This document shows positions 13,361 through 26,950 of a DNA stretch of 64,000 bases, in pieces. Source of the stretch: Eledone cirrhosa. Taxonomy: Eukaryota. A program made the translations under genes and the position numbers. Location: contig OZ024742.1 in assembly GCA_964016885.1 (NCBI GenBank), forward strand, positions 51,708,001 to 51,772,000, given 5' to 3'. The first letter of the stretch is position 1, and each line of letters starts with the position of its first letter. Below the pieces are notes generated by a model that saw only the letters and a program-made list of their open reading frames with translations, was not told the origin of the DNA and ran no database searches.

Positions 13361-14038
13361 GCGGCGATGAATTAGTTTAGCGAGGTTTTTTATATGAAAT
13401 CGTGTGTCGAAACAGATATTGTTATACTTGGGGAGGGTCATATTTGCGTAATATTGCCAGAATTAATAACAGAACACACTCACTGAGGACCGAGTAAGTT
13501 AGATCGCAGATATAAAAGACAGCGAGAAGCGAAAACCAACCAAACAGTGAGTGTGTTCTGTTATTAATTCTGGCAATATTACGCAAATATGACCCTCCCC
13601 AAGTATAACAATATATATATAGTAATAATAATAAATTTGAAGACTAAAATCCAAAGAGGGCTCGATAAGGATAAATATATATCAAATATATAAGAACCGT
13701 AGAGTAACGTTTTTTCGTTCATTGCCAGAGAACGTCTCTATGAACCACCTAAGAGAGCATTAGTCTACGACCTCTTTTATACCATAAACGTGGTTCTGTC
13801 TTTGCGTGTAATTGTTTTTCACCGCTCCTATTATGACGTATTATATTCGTTTTTTCCCGTTCTTAGCCAGCGAACGTTTCCACGAACCAAAGTATCGTCT
13901 TCCTGTCTTCCTCCGGTTGCAACGTTTTTTGAAATATCCAGTTCTGCGTTTACAGATTGACTTTGTTAGTTTCAGAAGATCCCGTTAAGGGTGAAAGCAG
14001 CGATTCTTTGCTTAAACTTTAATCTGTTATTTTAATAA

Positions 14039-14040
<2 letters not shown>
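12575..14040. repeat. Head-to-head inverted pair of family-A repeats enclosing a perfect 70-bp-arm hairpin
   Basis: 12575-~12990 is the reverse complement of ~13705-14040, and both outer ends sit at (TA)n. The inner arms 13416-13485 and 13545-13614 are exact reverse complements. Confidence 0.88.
13968..14018 (+). ncRNA. Type I hammerhead-like motif with variant core (CAGAAGA, U4A)
   Basis: agttt-CAGAAGA-tccc gttaa gggt-GAAA-gcag cgattct ttgc-TT-aaact. All three stems can form. Confidence 0.6.
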
Positions 14041-14103
<63 letters not shown>

Positions 14104-14114
14104 TGTGTGTGTGC

Positions 14115-14169
<55 letters not shown>

Positions 14170-15374
14170 TGTGTGTGCGTGTATACATATAATTAAATAA
14201 ACGTATATATATTTAAATAAATGCGTATATAACAAGCGCACACACATACCTGCATGTAAATACACATATGTATTTGTGTATTCATGTGTGTGTTTATGTA
14301 TATATTTATGCGTGTGTGTGTGCGTTTGTGTGTGTTTCTGTGTCTGTGTATGTGTGTAAAGAACAGAATTTGTAAAAACACTTTAGAGCTTTGTGTAAGA
14401 TTTACTTGAAATAACTCACTTTGCCGATTCCAGACAATTTTCAAATGTGACTGGGAAATACGTGAACATTGGACGTCGCATCTTCCGTTCCACTGGATTT
14501 TGACAATCCTCTTCTTTTATAGAGAATGTTGTCTTTGGTTGAGGGTGATCATGTTATTAGATATACATTTTTGTTAGATCTCGGTTACATCCTTGCATTG
14601 CAAACAAATCAAAGCTGCCTATTCGTTAGGTTAAGTATAAGAATGGACAAGATTTGTATGTATGTATGCAGGCAGAAAATGTGTTCTCTACTATGTCCCT
14701 GCGTTAGTGACATTTCCGAAAGTGTCATCATTGCGCTCAAAGTTGAGATTATCGTCTATGTATCTTCAACATGTGAAATCGTATAATGGAGAATAATGTA
14801 TTTGCACACGTGTGTGTGTGTATGTGTGAGAGAGTGTATGTATGTGTGTGTGTGTGTCTCTGTTTGTTTTTGTGTAGTTGATGCTGAATGTTAGTTGATT
14901 CTGAATCTTACTTGTTAAAGTTTATTCAGCCGTGGTATGTATTTTTCTATAAATATATTTTGTTTATTTATTCGTGTTTAATCTCTAGACAATTTGAAGT
15001 TAATTCTTTACAGGAACTATTAGCAACTTCGTTCATGTGGGTTTTAAAGCGACTCTAGAAATTGCTAATTTTTCGTTAAAAATGCGATAGTCACATCCTT
15101 TGATTGTTATACCATTTTGATATTGATGAATGAGTATGTTCAGTTTTGTTATCGTCTTTGATTATTTGTAATTGTGTAACTTTTCATAATATGCATTGTT
15201 TTACAATAGAGATAATATAGCATGTTTGTAGTGTTCAACAATACCACTTCCCTTAACAACTTCCTTAATAAGGTTACGGTTATTATTTTTGACTTCCTTG
15301 ATAAATCCCCATTTCTTTCAACTGGTATTGGCTTTGGGTGAGTCTGTGCGGTAGTTCGATTTACAAACAAATAT

Positions 15375-16020
15375 CTAGGACAACGATGGGTACAATTTAG
15401 TCATGGCATACATGGGAGATCAAATATATGAAAAATCTAGATGATAATATGGCTTAGATACCCATAAATATCTGCGAAGAAATTGGAAACGTTACGTAGA
15501 TGACTGCCTAATTTAGTGGACGTACAATTGTGACCAACGAAATGATTTCAAAACGCTAATTTTCAGCATAAACAATATGAAATTCACAATGGAATATAGT
15601 CATGATGAACGAAAAAGACAAAACATTGAAATGGATATTTGTTATGAACTAAGCGATGCTAAACATTACTTGATATTAACCTCAACCCATCCAAAATGTA
15701 AGAAGACGAATATTTCGTTTCCTTTAGTATGAAAAGTCTACATAATTATTTCGAATTATGGAACTCGATGCACAAGACTCCATGATTTCAAAGAATTACT
15801 ATTGAGAAGAAAGTAGCTATAAATGTTAATAGAACGTGCCAGAGCAATAGATATCCAAGAACAAAAACACTTCAGATGCATACAATACCCTATCCTTGAT
15901 CACAATACACAGCCTAAGTAATACAAAGGCATACCACAATATCAACCAGAACATCCAACTATTGTGACAATACCCTAGAATAAAAATAGCATAGGAAATA
16001 TACAAAACACTCAAAAGTAA
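15375..16020 (+). pseudogene. Penelope-like reverse transcriptase fragment
   Basis: TMGT..LVMAYM, NWKRYVDDCL (catalytic DD), MKFTMEY and the thumb-region STHPKCKKTNI are present, with many stops and frameshifts. Confidence 0.8.
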
Positions 16021-16589
16021 ATGACAATATATAGTCTGATTGGTGCTTCAGCGGAGAATGGCCAGAGAAACACTCTTCAACTGCCACCCTCAACACGAGG
16101 CTGTCTCCTGAACTGGTTTGGCGTCTTTCCGACTCTACGGAGGAAGTCAACAGTGAGAGGATGAATTATGCTAGAGGTCTCAACAGAGACCGGTGCATTG
16201 AGAAAGCAGTCGGTCATGATCCATTATATCATCATCTCTTTCGCCTTGTGGAGGGTATATAATATTTTGTCTCATATCTAGTTAGTCCTCGCCTTCCTCG
16301 GCATGTTTTCAATAATTGGAGTATAATGCGTTTTTTGTTATTGTAAGTTAGCATTTATTTTGGGGGAAGAGGGCGGTATCGTGTCTGGATTATTAAGCTT
16401 TCTGATCATGCAGATACAGATTACTTATTGTTCTATAGTATTATTCTACATATTACTGCTGAGGGTATGTGATATATAAACGAAACGAATACACATAACT
16501 TCCAGCATAAATAAACTCATATACATTGTCTCCATCGATATCGAGTCTTTCCTATGAACATATGTATAATGACGGTTTCTTATATACGC

Positions 16590-16782
16590 ACAAGGCCAAC
16601 AATTTGGGGGTAGGAGAAATTCGATTAAATCGACCCCAGTGCGCGACTGGTACTTTATTTTATCGACCCCTTAAGGATGAACTCAGACCCTGTAGGGATT
16701 TGAACTCAGATCATAAAGGACTGTAACACTATGCTGCAAAGCATGGCGCCCGACCCACTACCGATATTGCCAATCCACCGCA
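16590..16782 (-). mobile_element. SINE copy (same superfamily, variant tail)
   Basis: GGTACTTTATTTTATCGACCCC..AAGGATGA and GGATTTGAACTCAG on the + strand. Confidence 0.8.
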
Positions 16783-18131
16783 TGTACGATAATGATATGA
16801 AATTATCACCAACACGCAGAATGTTTCCAACATGATCTGCTTCTGAAAATAAAAGTAACGGCTGCTCAGATGTCTGCATCATAAAATTTATTTGTTAACT
16901 TAAAGTGTCTGTAACATAAAAGTATGGCATAAAATATACGAAAAGGATAGGAAATTTGCTGATAGGAATTTGAGCAAACACATAGTAAGAAAAAAGTTAT
17001 CAATAGTCTAAAAATATAAATTTGAAATAATATAGAATATTTAATTTTGGACAATGGAATTTCTAAATTTGTTTTTCCTGTTGAATGTATACCTAAAGGA
17101 ATAGCGTCTTTCCATTTAAAGGCATTACACTAGAAAATCGCCATTCAGGATGCAGTTCTTTAGAAGGAGAAAAATAACTGATTAAACGACAACTGAATGA
17201 TGTACCAATTTCTTTTATATGTACACAACAGGAATCTAGTTTTTCTCTTCACTGAAGCGGCACCATTAACGAAACACAAGTGGCAGCTGGTGCTGTTAAA
17301 ATTGGTGATTGGTTAGGTCTGTCACAAGTGTGGAAAGAGCCGGAATCACAACTGAAAGACATGTCATTTGATATTCCAACAAATATTCAAATGTAACGCT
17401 GAGGATCGGTTATTTATTTTATCGAGAACAGAATAGCAGTTGACTTTCGTGGGATTTGAATTCCGATTGCAGAGCACCAAAACAAAGAAGTATTGTGTTA
17501 ACATACTCTAAGGAATCTCCCAACTCACTGCATTGTATTAATATGTTTGTTCATATTTATTTTTCAGTTTGTGCCTGTTTGTGTGTCTATGTGTTTGTGC
17601 GTGTGTATGTGCGCGTATGTGTGTGTGTGAGTGTTTGTGCGTGTGTGTGTTGTATATGTCTACGTTTTTCTTTGCGATCTCATGTGTGCATGTATATATG
17701 TAATTCCTGAACATGTGATTTACGGACAAACCATATTTATTTCGACATATATCGTATCGAAATAAGGATCGCTCTCTATATATATATTAAGTCTCCATAA
17801 CAAGATCAGAAATTCCGTTGTAGATACTGTCATATTTGGTTCTTAATATCTTTTACTTTATTTTCTTATTGCTCTTGTACCAATTATTGTAAATAAATCT
17901 GTTTTATGGAAGACGCCGCGTATCTACGGGGAGATCAATACGCTTTTAAAGAACTAATTTTTTTACTGTGTCCCATGAGAACTGGTTATGTTTCTTTTAT
18001 ATCATTAGACATCTTTCGAGAAATTATTGCTTTTGTATAGCCTTCGCATATTGTTTAGAATAAAACGTTGATTTATTGCTTAAAAAGTCAACAATACCGC
18101 ATTATATTTTATTAAGGTTATTATAGTACTA

Positions 18132-18275
18132 GGCGGCAAATTGTCAGTTACGTTACAGTGTTGGATATAATGCCTTACTGTATTTCGTCTTGAGTTCAAA
18201 CTCACTGACGTCAAGTTTGCCTGTCCTCCATTCGAAGTTGATAAAATAACTTGCAGTGCAATATTTAGGTCGATT
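18132..18275 (+). mobile_element. Diverged SINE copy
   Basis: AGGCGGC start, GAGTTCAAACTC B-box-like motif, TTTGCCT..GTTGATAAAATAA. Confidence 0.55.
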
Positions 18276-18777
18276 TTTCTTCTAGCTCACTTTCACACCT
18301 CCTCCCTTTCTTGCTCTTTCTCTCCTTCTTTACAAGAAATTAACTGACTTCAGACCTACAGAGGGATAGAACTTCGCCAGGTCTAACATGCCCAAAACAC
18401 ACCGCATATTAATACGGCGCCCCTATGTCAGCATCAGGATTTACGTGTCCATATTTAAATATGTTTTAATACTGAAGGATATGTTTCCTTCTGATCCAAA
18501 TTGATAATTATGATATTCAACTGCAGATCCATAAATAGAAATACATTACGGTTTGCGATCATGCAATTTTTTTTTAATGAATAGAAGACTACATTGAGTA
18601 AATCAGAACATTTTTTTATTTGTCCGCTCATAAGAAATGAACTAATGTTAAACAAAATAAAACTGATGAATATATTTATATCTGTGTTACACCCACCTTC
18701 ACCACGCATCTTGGTGAGGTCTCTTTCTTTCTTTCTATATACATAAACACACAAACAACCGGATGGCTGGTAAAAGA

Positions 18778-18826
<49 letters not shown>

Positions 18827-21034
18827 AGCAATGTGTTAATGTGTAGTGGGGATGCGTACATGTATATATGCTACAGCACAGTGGAGCTTATAATGAGATC
18901 TCCTATGACAGAATTGAGGTATTTTGTCTTTACCTGAGCCTTCTAAGTATGGGTAATGCTATATGATCATGAATATAATTATGTATACATCAAAAAGTAA
19001 ATTTTGCGCACTTAGTTCCCTGTGTTCTGTATATTTATTTGTTAAACAACTGCACTGACTTTTTTCTGGTATGTCTTATTCACAATGTACATCTAAGTCA
19101 GGTGGAAATCATACATCATTTCACAATTTCTGTTTTTGGCAATCACGGCAACATGATATATCTTCTTTCCTGTGTTTTATTTCTGTGATGTTTCTATAAA
19201 AGCTACAACATCAAAGATTTAAACTATGTTTCAACAAACGAAAAAGATGTAACTATTTAATCTCTCATTGGATTATATTAGTTTTCATGTCTGGCTTTAG
19301 TTTTGATTTAGCATTGTTTTTCAATTTTTAATAAAATATATCTTCTTTTAAGTCTAATGTTTTACCAAAAATATTTATATTTATGTTTAACATTTTGTTA
19401 CCCAACCTTTGATGTCTTTAATATTTTGCTTTTATCATTTACTGTTTCGTCTTTTCCCTCTACATTTCCACTACTTTAGAACACTTTATAATTATTCATT
19501 TCACTACAACTTTTCCTCCACTTACATTCACTATTGTGTCATTTAAACATAATTATTTCACTATCATTTTGATACTGGTTTTTGTTCCACTTGCAATTTA
19601 TTACTCCGCTGTTTACGCAATAAAATGTTAAATTCCAATTATGTATAAAACGAAAAATTGATTGATATTCACGAAATCCTCCTACTTGACTTAAGTATTA
19701 CGAACATCAAGTGGATTTGAAGTATATGTAAGTCATCGGGCAAAAGAATTTCCCATCTTCTGCAGCGAGGTCTACTCGGCAAAATAAATACCATGCCAAG
19801 TAGTTTCGTCTGTAGACTTCGTCAATCATATGTATTGTCTCTTACTCACGTTTTCCCTCTCTCTTCTTCTCTTGCTTTGTCTAGCCCTGTTTCTCTCTGG
19901 TTTAGTGCTCCCGATCTTGCAAACTGTAGTATCTTGGAGAATTACATTGTCCATTTTGAACATCATCCGTGTGTTGTAGACACTTCAGTTCCTCAACTTA
20001 CACTACTCTCTCTAATGTCATATCATAATACGCTAGTAAATCTAAAAATCCTATATTCTCACACACCAATCTGATTGGTGACGTCTTTCGTTCTACTTTT
20101 GTTTTATATGGTGCAACGTTTATATGGTGCAATGTTTATGGTGATGCCGGTGGTAGTGGCGGGGTTGGAGTATTTCTGGGGGCAATGATGATGATGATAA
20201 TAATAATGACGATGAGAACGAGAAGGGTAACTGTATGTCGATGAAGATCACCACAAACGATTGAATTGGAGTGCAAGACTATTTCAGTGGCATTGATCAA
20301 AAGAGGAAAATATTTCCTTCAATATACATGATAAATCATTTGATGTCCAGTCAGATCGCCCGTCGAGATGGATAGAGCAAATTCAATAATTTATGCGCAA
20401 ATATCTATCACAATAAAATGATTTCTGAGTATGCAAATGAAATAAATGAATCTAGTTACAAAATTGTGACTCTATTTGAAGACACCTACTATTAAAAATA
20501 TGACTATTGTTGCACTTCAAATCTCACAGGGTAAGTCACAGAGAATCATGTGTGGGAACGTTTTGATAAATTCGCTGGTCATAACGTTATTTTAGTCCAT
20601 ATATAATCCCATAAAACATGTCTGAACATTAGAAGAGATTAAATTATGTTAAGTTTGTTCTGCCAGTCAAAAAGTGCAAAAAATATTTCAATTAAATTTC
20701 GACACATTTCTAACATTTCAATTGCACTTGAGTTTACCGAACCAATCAATCATCTGTGATCGATCAATATGTACAGATTAATATAATCTAGAAATAACTT
20801 CTTATATTGGTTGATATGTGTGTATGGTTGTCGCAGTTATGGTGTAAGCTTAAGATTCTCTGAATGTGCTTTGTAATTGGATATATGTAACATATTATTA
20901 GTTTATCATATATATATAACACAAATTGTTCCTTTCAAACCTTATTTTTTTAATTAAATCTTCTGCCTATGTTTGTAAAACTATTTTGAAAATTACACAG
21001 ATCTCATAGTATGAATTTGTTCTTGTTATTAAGC

Positions 21035-21262
21035 TGGTATTTTAGAGTAGTCATTGAGCATAATCTTGAAGCGTTCGACACATGCTTGGTGTCATTTAGT
21101 TTTGGTCAATTACGTTCTGTGTTCAAATCCTACCGAGGTCAAATTTAATTTTCAACCTTCTGGCGTCAACAAAATAGATCACAAGTTAAGTACTAGGCTC
21201 GATACAATCTACTTTCACTTTTCCAAAAATTGCTGGTTTTGTGCCAACAGTAGAGACAATTA
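21035..21262 (+). mobile_element. Diverged SINE copy
   Basis: TACGTTCTGTGTTCAAATCCTACCGAGGTCAA and the tail TTGCTGGTTTTGTGCCAA..GTAGA. Confidence 0.65.
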
Positions 21263-21754
21263 TTGCGTTGGAATTTGTGACAAAACTATACATAGGTTAT
21301 TCAATATGGCAGAAAATATTCGATAAATATAAGCATTTCAAAACAAACATATTTTAAATCATAGGGCCAGAGACCTTTTATAAGATGAGTAAACGTACAT
21401 ATTTCACAACTCTTCCATTTAATCTCCAACAAAATGAAGCATTAATTCTTTTAGAATTTAGCAAATGCATATGTAACTGAAGGAACAGGTGAAGAACATA
21501 TTTTGAAGGCCTAAAATGTACTGTCTGGTGGCAAAACGTATGTTATGGAAAATAAGCGACAGATGTCAAGTATAATTATATGCAGCCATTACACGAAGTT
21601 ATAGTTAACATTAAATAACAATGTATGAACACATAATCTAACCAATCGGCAGATGTCACGATCTGAGTTAAACAAAACAAAGACTACAATGAGATTATGA
21701 AACGAAGAAGCATGAATAGAAGTTTCCAAAAAATTAATCAAAACTAATATACAC

Positions 21755-21868
<114 letters not shown>

Positions 21869-22475
21869 TATACATATTTATATATATATATTTATATATA
21901 TATACATATATTTATATATATATACATTTATATATATATATAGGTGCGTGTTTTAGAAATTATGGAATAAAAACTGTTTATTGTCAAGTCACAGTAATTA
22001 TTGTAGTGAAATAAATATTGCACACAGTGATATTTCAACAAATATAATAAAAGAGTTAAAACATTGTTTCCAACATATTCGTAATGGTTGTAAATCTGTT
22101 TCGGGCCAAGTGTCTCAAAATAGAAATATCTCATAAGATAAACAATAAAATACAAAAATATATAAACTTAAATACTCATAATCCGACAAAAATTAAAATG
22201 AACAAAGTTACTTCTAAAATACTAGAGGACTATAATTATCATTGAAAAAACAAAAGATAGCTAAAATTTGAAACATAAAAATCACAGACATGTGCTTATC
22301 TTTGTCTCTGATTGCAATTTCAAACACAACAGTCTTTTAGCACGAGTATGCGTTAGCTAATGGAATTTAATATACAGCCAAGAGATCATGACTAATTGCT
22401 ATAAAACACATTGTGTATTATTCATCATAAGGTCAACAATACGTATACGAACAAGCAATACATTGTTAAATATAC

Positions 22476-22521
22476 ATTTTTATTGTATCTATGTGTGCAA
22501 CAACTATGATTGCGCATGAGT

Positions 22522-22593
<72 letters not shown>

Positions 22594-22738
22594 CCACATG
22601 TGTATATATATATATATATATATATGTATTTTTATTGTATCTGTGTGTGCAACAACTATGATTGCGCATGAGTGGATATATATATATATATTCCACTTAT
22701 GCGCAATCATAGTTGTTGCACACATAGATACAATAAAA

Positions 22739-22745
<7 letters not shown>
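22476..22745. repeat. ~50-bp unique segment copied twice in direct and once in inverted orientation around (TA)n tracts
   Basis: TTTTTATTGTATCT(A/G)TGTGTGCAACAACTATGATTGCGCATGAGTGGA at ~22478 and ~22628, with its reverse complement at ~22692-22740. Confidence 0.9.
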
Positions 22746-22827
<82 letters not shown>

Positions 22828-23210
22828 TGTATGTATGTATGTATGTATGTATGTATGTATGTATGTATATGCCTAGAGGCTTATGCGTACAATCATACAC
22901 TCAGAGAAACAAATATCCCATGAATATATACGCATTAATGGCTCGCTAATATGTTCTGACTTGATAATAGAGGTGAAAAGTGCGAATGGTGTTATTATTT
23001 CTTTAACTATCGTCTGAAATTATAATACATAAAATACAAAAGCAGAATTATTATAGACGTCTCAAATCTTTTATGTACATATGTACATATGTATGTATAT
23101 ATATATATGTGTGTGTGTGTGTGCGTGTGTGGGTGTGTGTGTGTGTGAGTGTCTATGTGTTTGTGTGTGCGTAAATGTATATTTAATAATCAAGCGTACG
23201 CACTAAAGCA

Positions 23211-23263
<53 letters not shown>

Positions 23264-23497
23264 GTTTTCTCTGGGGGCTCCTAAACAATTAGTTTTTAAC
23301 CATCTAAAGGCACCATATATAGAACATTTGTCATACGTCTTTCCTATGTAAATATTTATATCGATTCATGTTTAAAATCGTCTGGACTGCATTGTTTAGG
23401 ATGAAAATGATAAAAGATTATATATATATATGTATATATATGTTATATAATATATATATAATATATAATATATATATAATATATAATATATATATAT

Positions 23498-23550
23498 GAG
23501 ATTCCTGATGATTTCTAAAGAATGAAACAGTTCTAGTCCTGTAGAAACTC
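23498..23550 (+). ncRNA. Type I hammerhead ribozyme
   Basis: gagattc-CTGATGA-tttc taaa gaat-GAAA-cag ttctagtc ctg-TA-gaaactc. Stem I extends into tatatat/atgtata. Cleavage triplet is GUA. Confidence 0.8.
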
Positions 23551-23633
23551 ATGTATATTAAAACTGTTATACTCAGTTATGTATTGAGTACCTTACTTAC
23601 TGTGGTTACCTCCGATTCAACCCGGAATAACTT

Positions 23634-23732
<99 letters not shown>

Positions 23733-23807
23733 AAATATAATGAATACATTAAATGCTCATTTACGAACGTTTCATTCCATCCCTGGGGCTTTTCAGAACC
23801 AGTTATT

Positions 23808-24137
23808 TATTAATGGTTTCTACTTTTGGAACAAGGCCAGCAATTATCCTAGTGTATTACTGGTACCTTATTTTATCGACCCTGTAAGGATGAAAGGCAA
23901 AGTTAACCTCGCTGGGATTTGAACTCAGACCATAAAGGGCCGTAGCTCTTTGCTGCAAAACATTGTGTCCGACCCTCTACCGGTACTGCCAATCCACCGC
24001 CTTAGTTATTTAATAATAAACCAGTTATTTAATAATTGTTTCTACTTTAGGCACAAGGCCAGCAATTACCCAGTGCATTATTTTATCGACCCCGTAAGGA
24101 TGAAAGGCAAAGTCAACCACGGCGGGATTTGAACTCA
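23808..24137 (-). mobile_element. Two tandem SINE copies (one full, one 5'-truncated)
   Basis: Two ATTTTATCGACCC..AAGGATGAAAGGCAAAG cores. AACCAGTTATTTA is repeated at the flanks and between the copies. Confidence 0.88.
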
Positions 24138-24199
24138 TTAATAAACCAGTTATTTAATAATAAATCCTTATTATAATCTCACCAAAGTAATCACCTGCA

Positions 24200-25465
24200 A
24201 GCCGTTACAGAGAATGTTTACATTTTAAAATAAATTGGAAATGACGCCATTATTTATCGAAAAGCGATGTTGTTTAACTACAGAAAAAATAAGGTCAACC
24301 CACCCTGGCACGAACCCACTCTTAACCTTAAAAATGACAACTTTAAACCAACTTTAGGTGATAAAGTCGTTAGTAATATAGATGATACACTAATAAAAGC
24401 ATGAAGTAATAAAAGTAGTTAGTAATATAGATGATACACTAATAAAAGCATTTTAGGGAAGGCATAAATCAAGAAGGAAAAATGTATTTGGTATAATCCC
24501 CCATTTGGTATTCAGGTCACTTCTAATGTACCTAAATTACTCTTTTATATAGTGGATAAGAATTTTCCTCCCAACCATAGATATTATAAAATATTAAATA
24601 AAAATAATGTGAAATTTCATTTTCTACAACCCCTAATTTGTCGAACTACTTAGGAATGAACAATAAAAAGAAACTTAATTTCTTTAGAATAAATAGAGAC
24701 CTTTAACTAATAGTGGACCCTCTAGAAATAGTATAGGTATTAGTACCACTAATAATATTAATGGTAATAATATCCTGGTTGAAAATAATACTGTTAATGA
24801 ATGTATTTCTACTCTTAATATAGCAAATGAAACACTCACTAATCTTGGTAATAATTACAGTCTCAATGGTATTGAAACTGATACTTGGAATAATGATAGT
24901 ATTGTTAACATTAATGTAAACACCCAAATCAATTCTAGAATCATAAATATTTTTGGTTTCCTTGATAAAATTAGGTATACCACTAACATTTTTTTGATGG
25001 TGATCATAACATAGGTATATTCAATAATATTAGTCGACCTATAGTGACTAAATGTAATTGTAGAATTCCTAATAATTTCCTATTTGGAGGTAAATTTCTT
25101 AAAACCAATGTTACTTATAGATGTGTGGTTCCATAATTGTTTTGATTATGTATGTGCCTCTGCCAATAAATTCAAAACGAGATTCTATAGCCATATTATT
25201 CCTTTTAAAAACAAGAAGCTGAAAAATGCAACTACTCTGCAAAACTAATCTGGTCCCTCAAGGAAGATAAGAATCATTATAATATTAAATGGGCTCTAAT
25301 TAATACCGCAAGGCCATATGGGGGGATATATCCACGTCTAATCTTTATTTAACCGAGGCGTTTGAAATGCTAACCTCTAATTAAACTTATTAAATACTAA
25401 AAACGAAATTAATCCTTTTTTGTCAACATAAAACACTTTTTATTATAAAATTAAGGAACCTGACT
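24200..25465 (+). pseudogene. Penelope-like element C-terminal region (linker + GIY-YIG), degenerate
   Basis: CIWYNPPFG, FPPNHRYYKILNKNN, KCNCRIP, SANKFKTRFYSH and IWSLKE..IKW are spread across frames. Homologous to the PLEs at 30811 and 50207. Confidence 0.82.
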
Positions 25466-25515
25466 AGAAATATGTCATCTTGGATTCCCCCATCCATTTT
25501 GTACGTATATATGTA

Positions 25516-25612
<97 letters not shown>

Positions 25613-26027
25613 ATTTGTGTGTGTGTGTATGTGTGTGTGTGTATGTGTCTGTGTATGTGTGTGTGTGTGTGTGTGTATTATTATGTATATGTCTTTGTGC
25701 GTCTATATTTATATTTATGTATGCATTTTTTCTTCCATGCGAATGTTATTTTTGTAGGTAGGGGCCTACCTCTTTCTATTCTATATATATTTAATTTTAT
25801 TTTTTATTGATATTTTTATATATATATTTTTATGTGCATATATATTTCTATATATATAGTTTTTTTTATATTTATATGTATTGGTATTTTTGTAATTTTA
25901 ATGTGGGTTAGTATATATGTGTCTATATGTGCGTGTGTATATATATGCATATATTTGTATGCATATGTGCGTAAATATATATGCATATATTTTTATATGT
26001 ATGTATGTATGTATATATATATGTATA

Positions 26028-26192
<165 letters not shown>

Positions 26193-26754
26193 AGGAGACG
26201 TAAAATAAGAAAATTATAAATTAACTTACTTACTAAAATATCACTTCCAACTAATTAGTATCTGGAATGGAGTAAATATATTTTCCGAAGAATAATATTG
26301 AGAAGCATTCCGTCGTCAGGAAAGTCATGTAAGTTTCCAGGCAAAGCGAGGACACTGGAAACTTATTAAAAAATAATTCAGTGGATAGGAAATAGCGAAG
26401 CGTGGACTGAATTCCAAGCCTTTGAGAAAATCACTGCCTCTACGTCTGTGGCAAATTCAAAAAGAATCAAACACGTGACATCGAGGTCAATCAGTGGAAA
26501 GTGGTTTGCTAATAAGACAGCGGCCTGCCTACAACCGTAGCAGCAGTCATGGCCAATATTGCTCGACAAATAATTTGGAGATAATAATAAAGAATTCATA
26601 TCTAGTAACATCTGTTACTAGATATGAATTCTTTATTATATATATATGTATATATTTAGACATAGTCACAGATACATATACGAGTGTGGCTATCTTTCTA
26701 GATGCACTCCAAGCCTCGTGGATAAATCCAGGATCGGATATCTCCGCAAAAAAG

Positions 26755-26950
26755 GAGCGAGATTGCCGGCAGTCGGGACTAGAGGGTGGGATGCCATGCT
26801 TTGCTGCACAGAGTTACGACCCTTTACGTTCTGAGTTCAAATACCGCAGAGGTTAAATTTGCCTTTCATCCTAACAGGGTCGATAATATAAAGTACCCGT
26901 AATGCACTGGGATAATTGCTGGCTTTGTGCCAAAAGTAGAAACAATGATT
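26755..26950 (+). mobile_element. SINE copy with (TTA)n tail
   Basis: CCCTTTACGTTCTGAGTTCAAATACC..TTTGCCTTTCATCC..GGGTCGATAA..GTAGAAACAAT. Confidence 0.85.

Noticed and set aside
17050-17397. Protein-like stretch on the + strand interrupted by stops
   Set aside because: No recognisable domain on either strand, so a pseudogene call cannot be supported.
26270-26345. Minus-strand CTGACGA..GAAA hammerhead candidate
   Set aside because: Stem II is plausible, but there is no stem I complement after any UH site.
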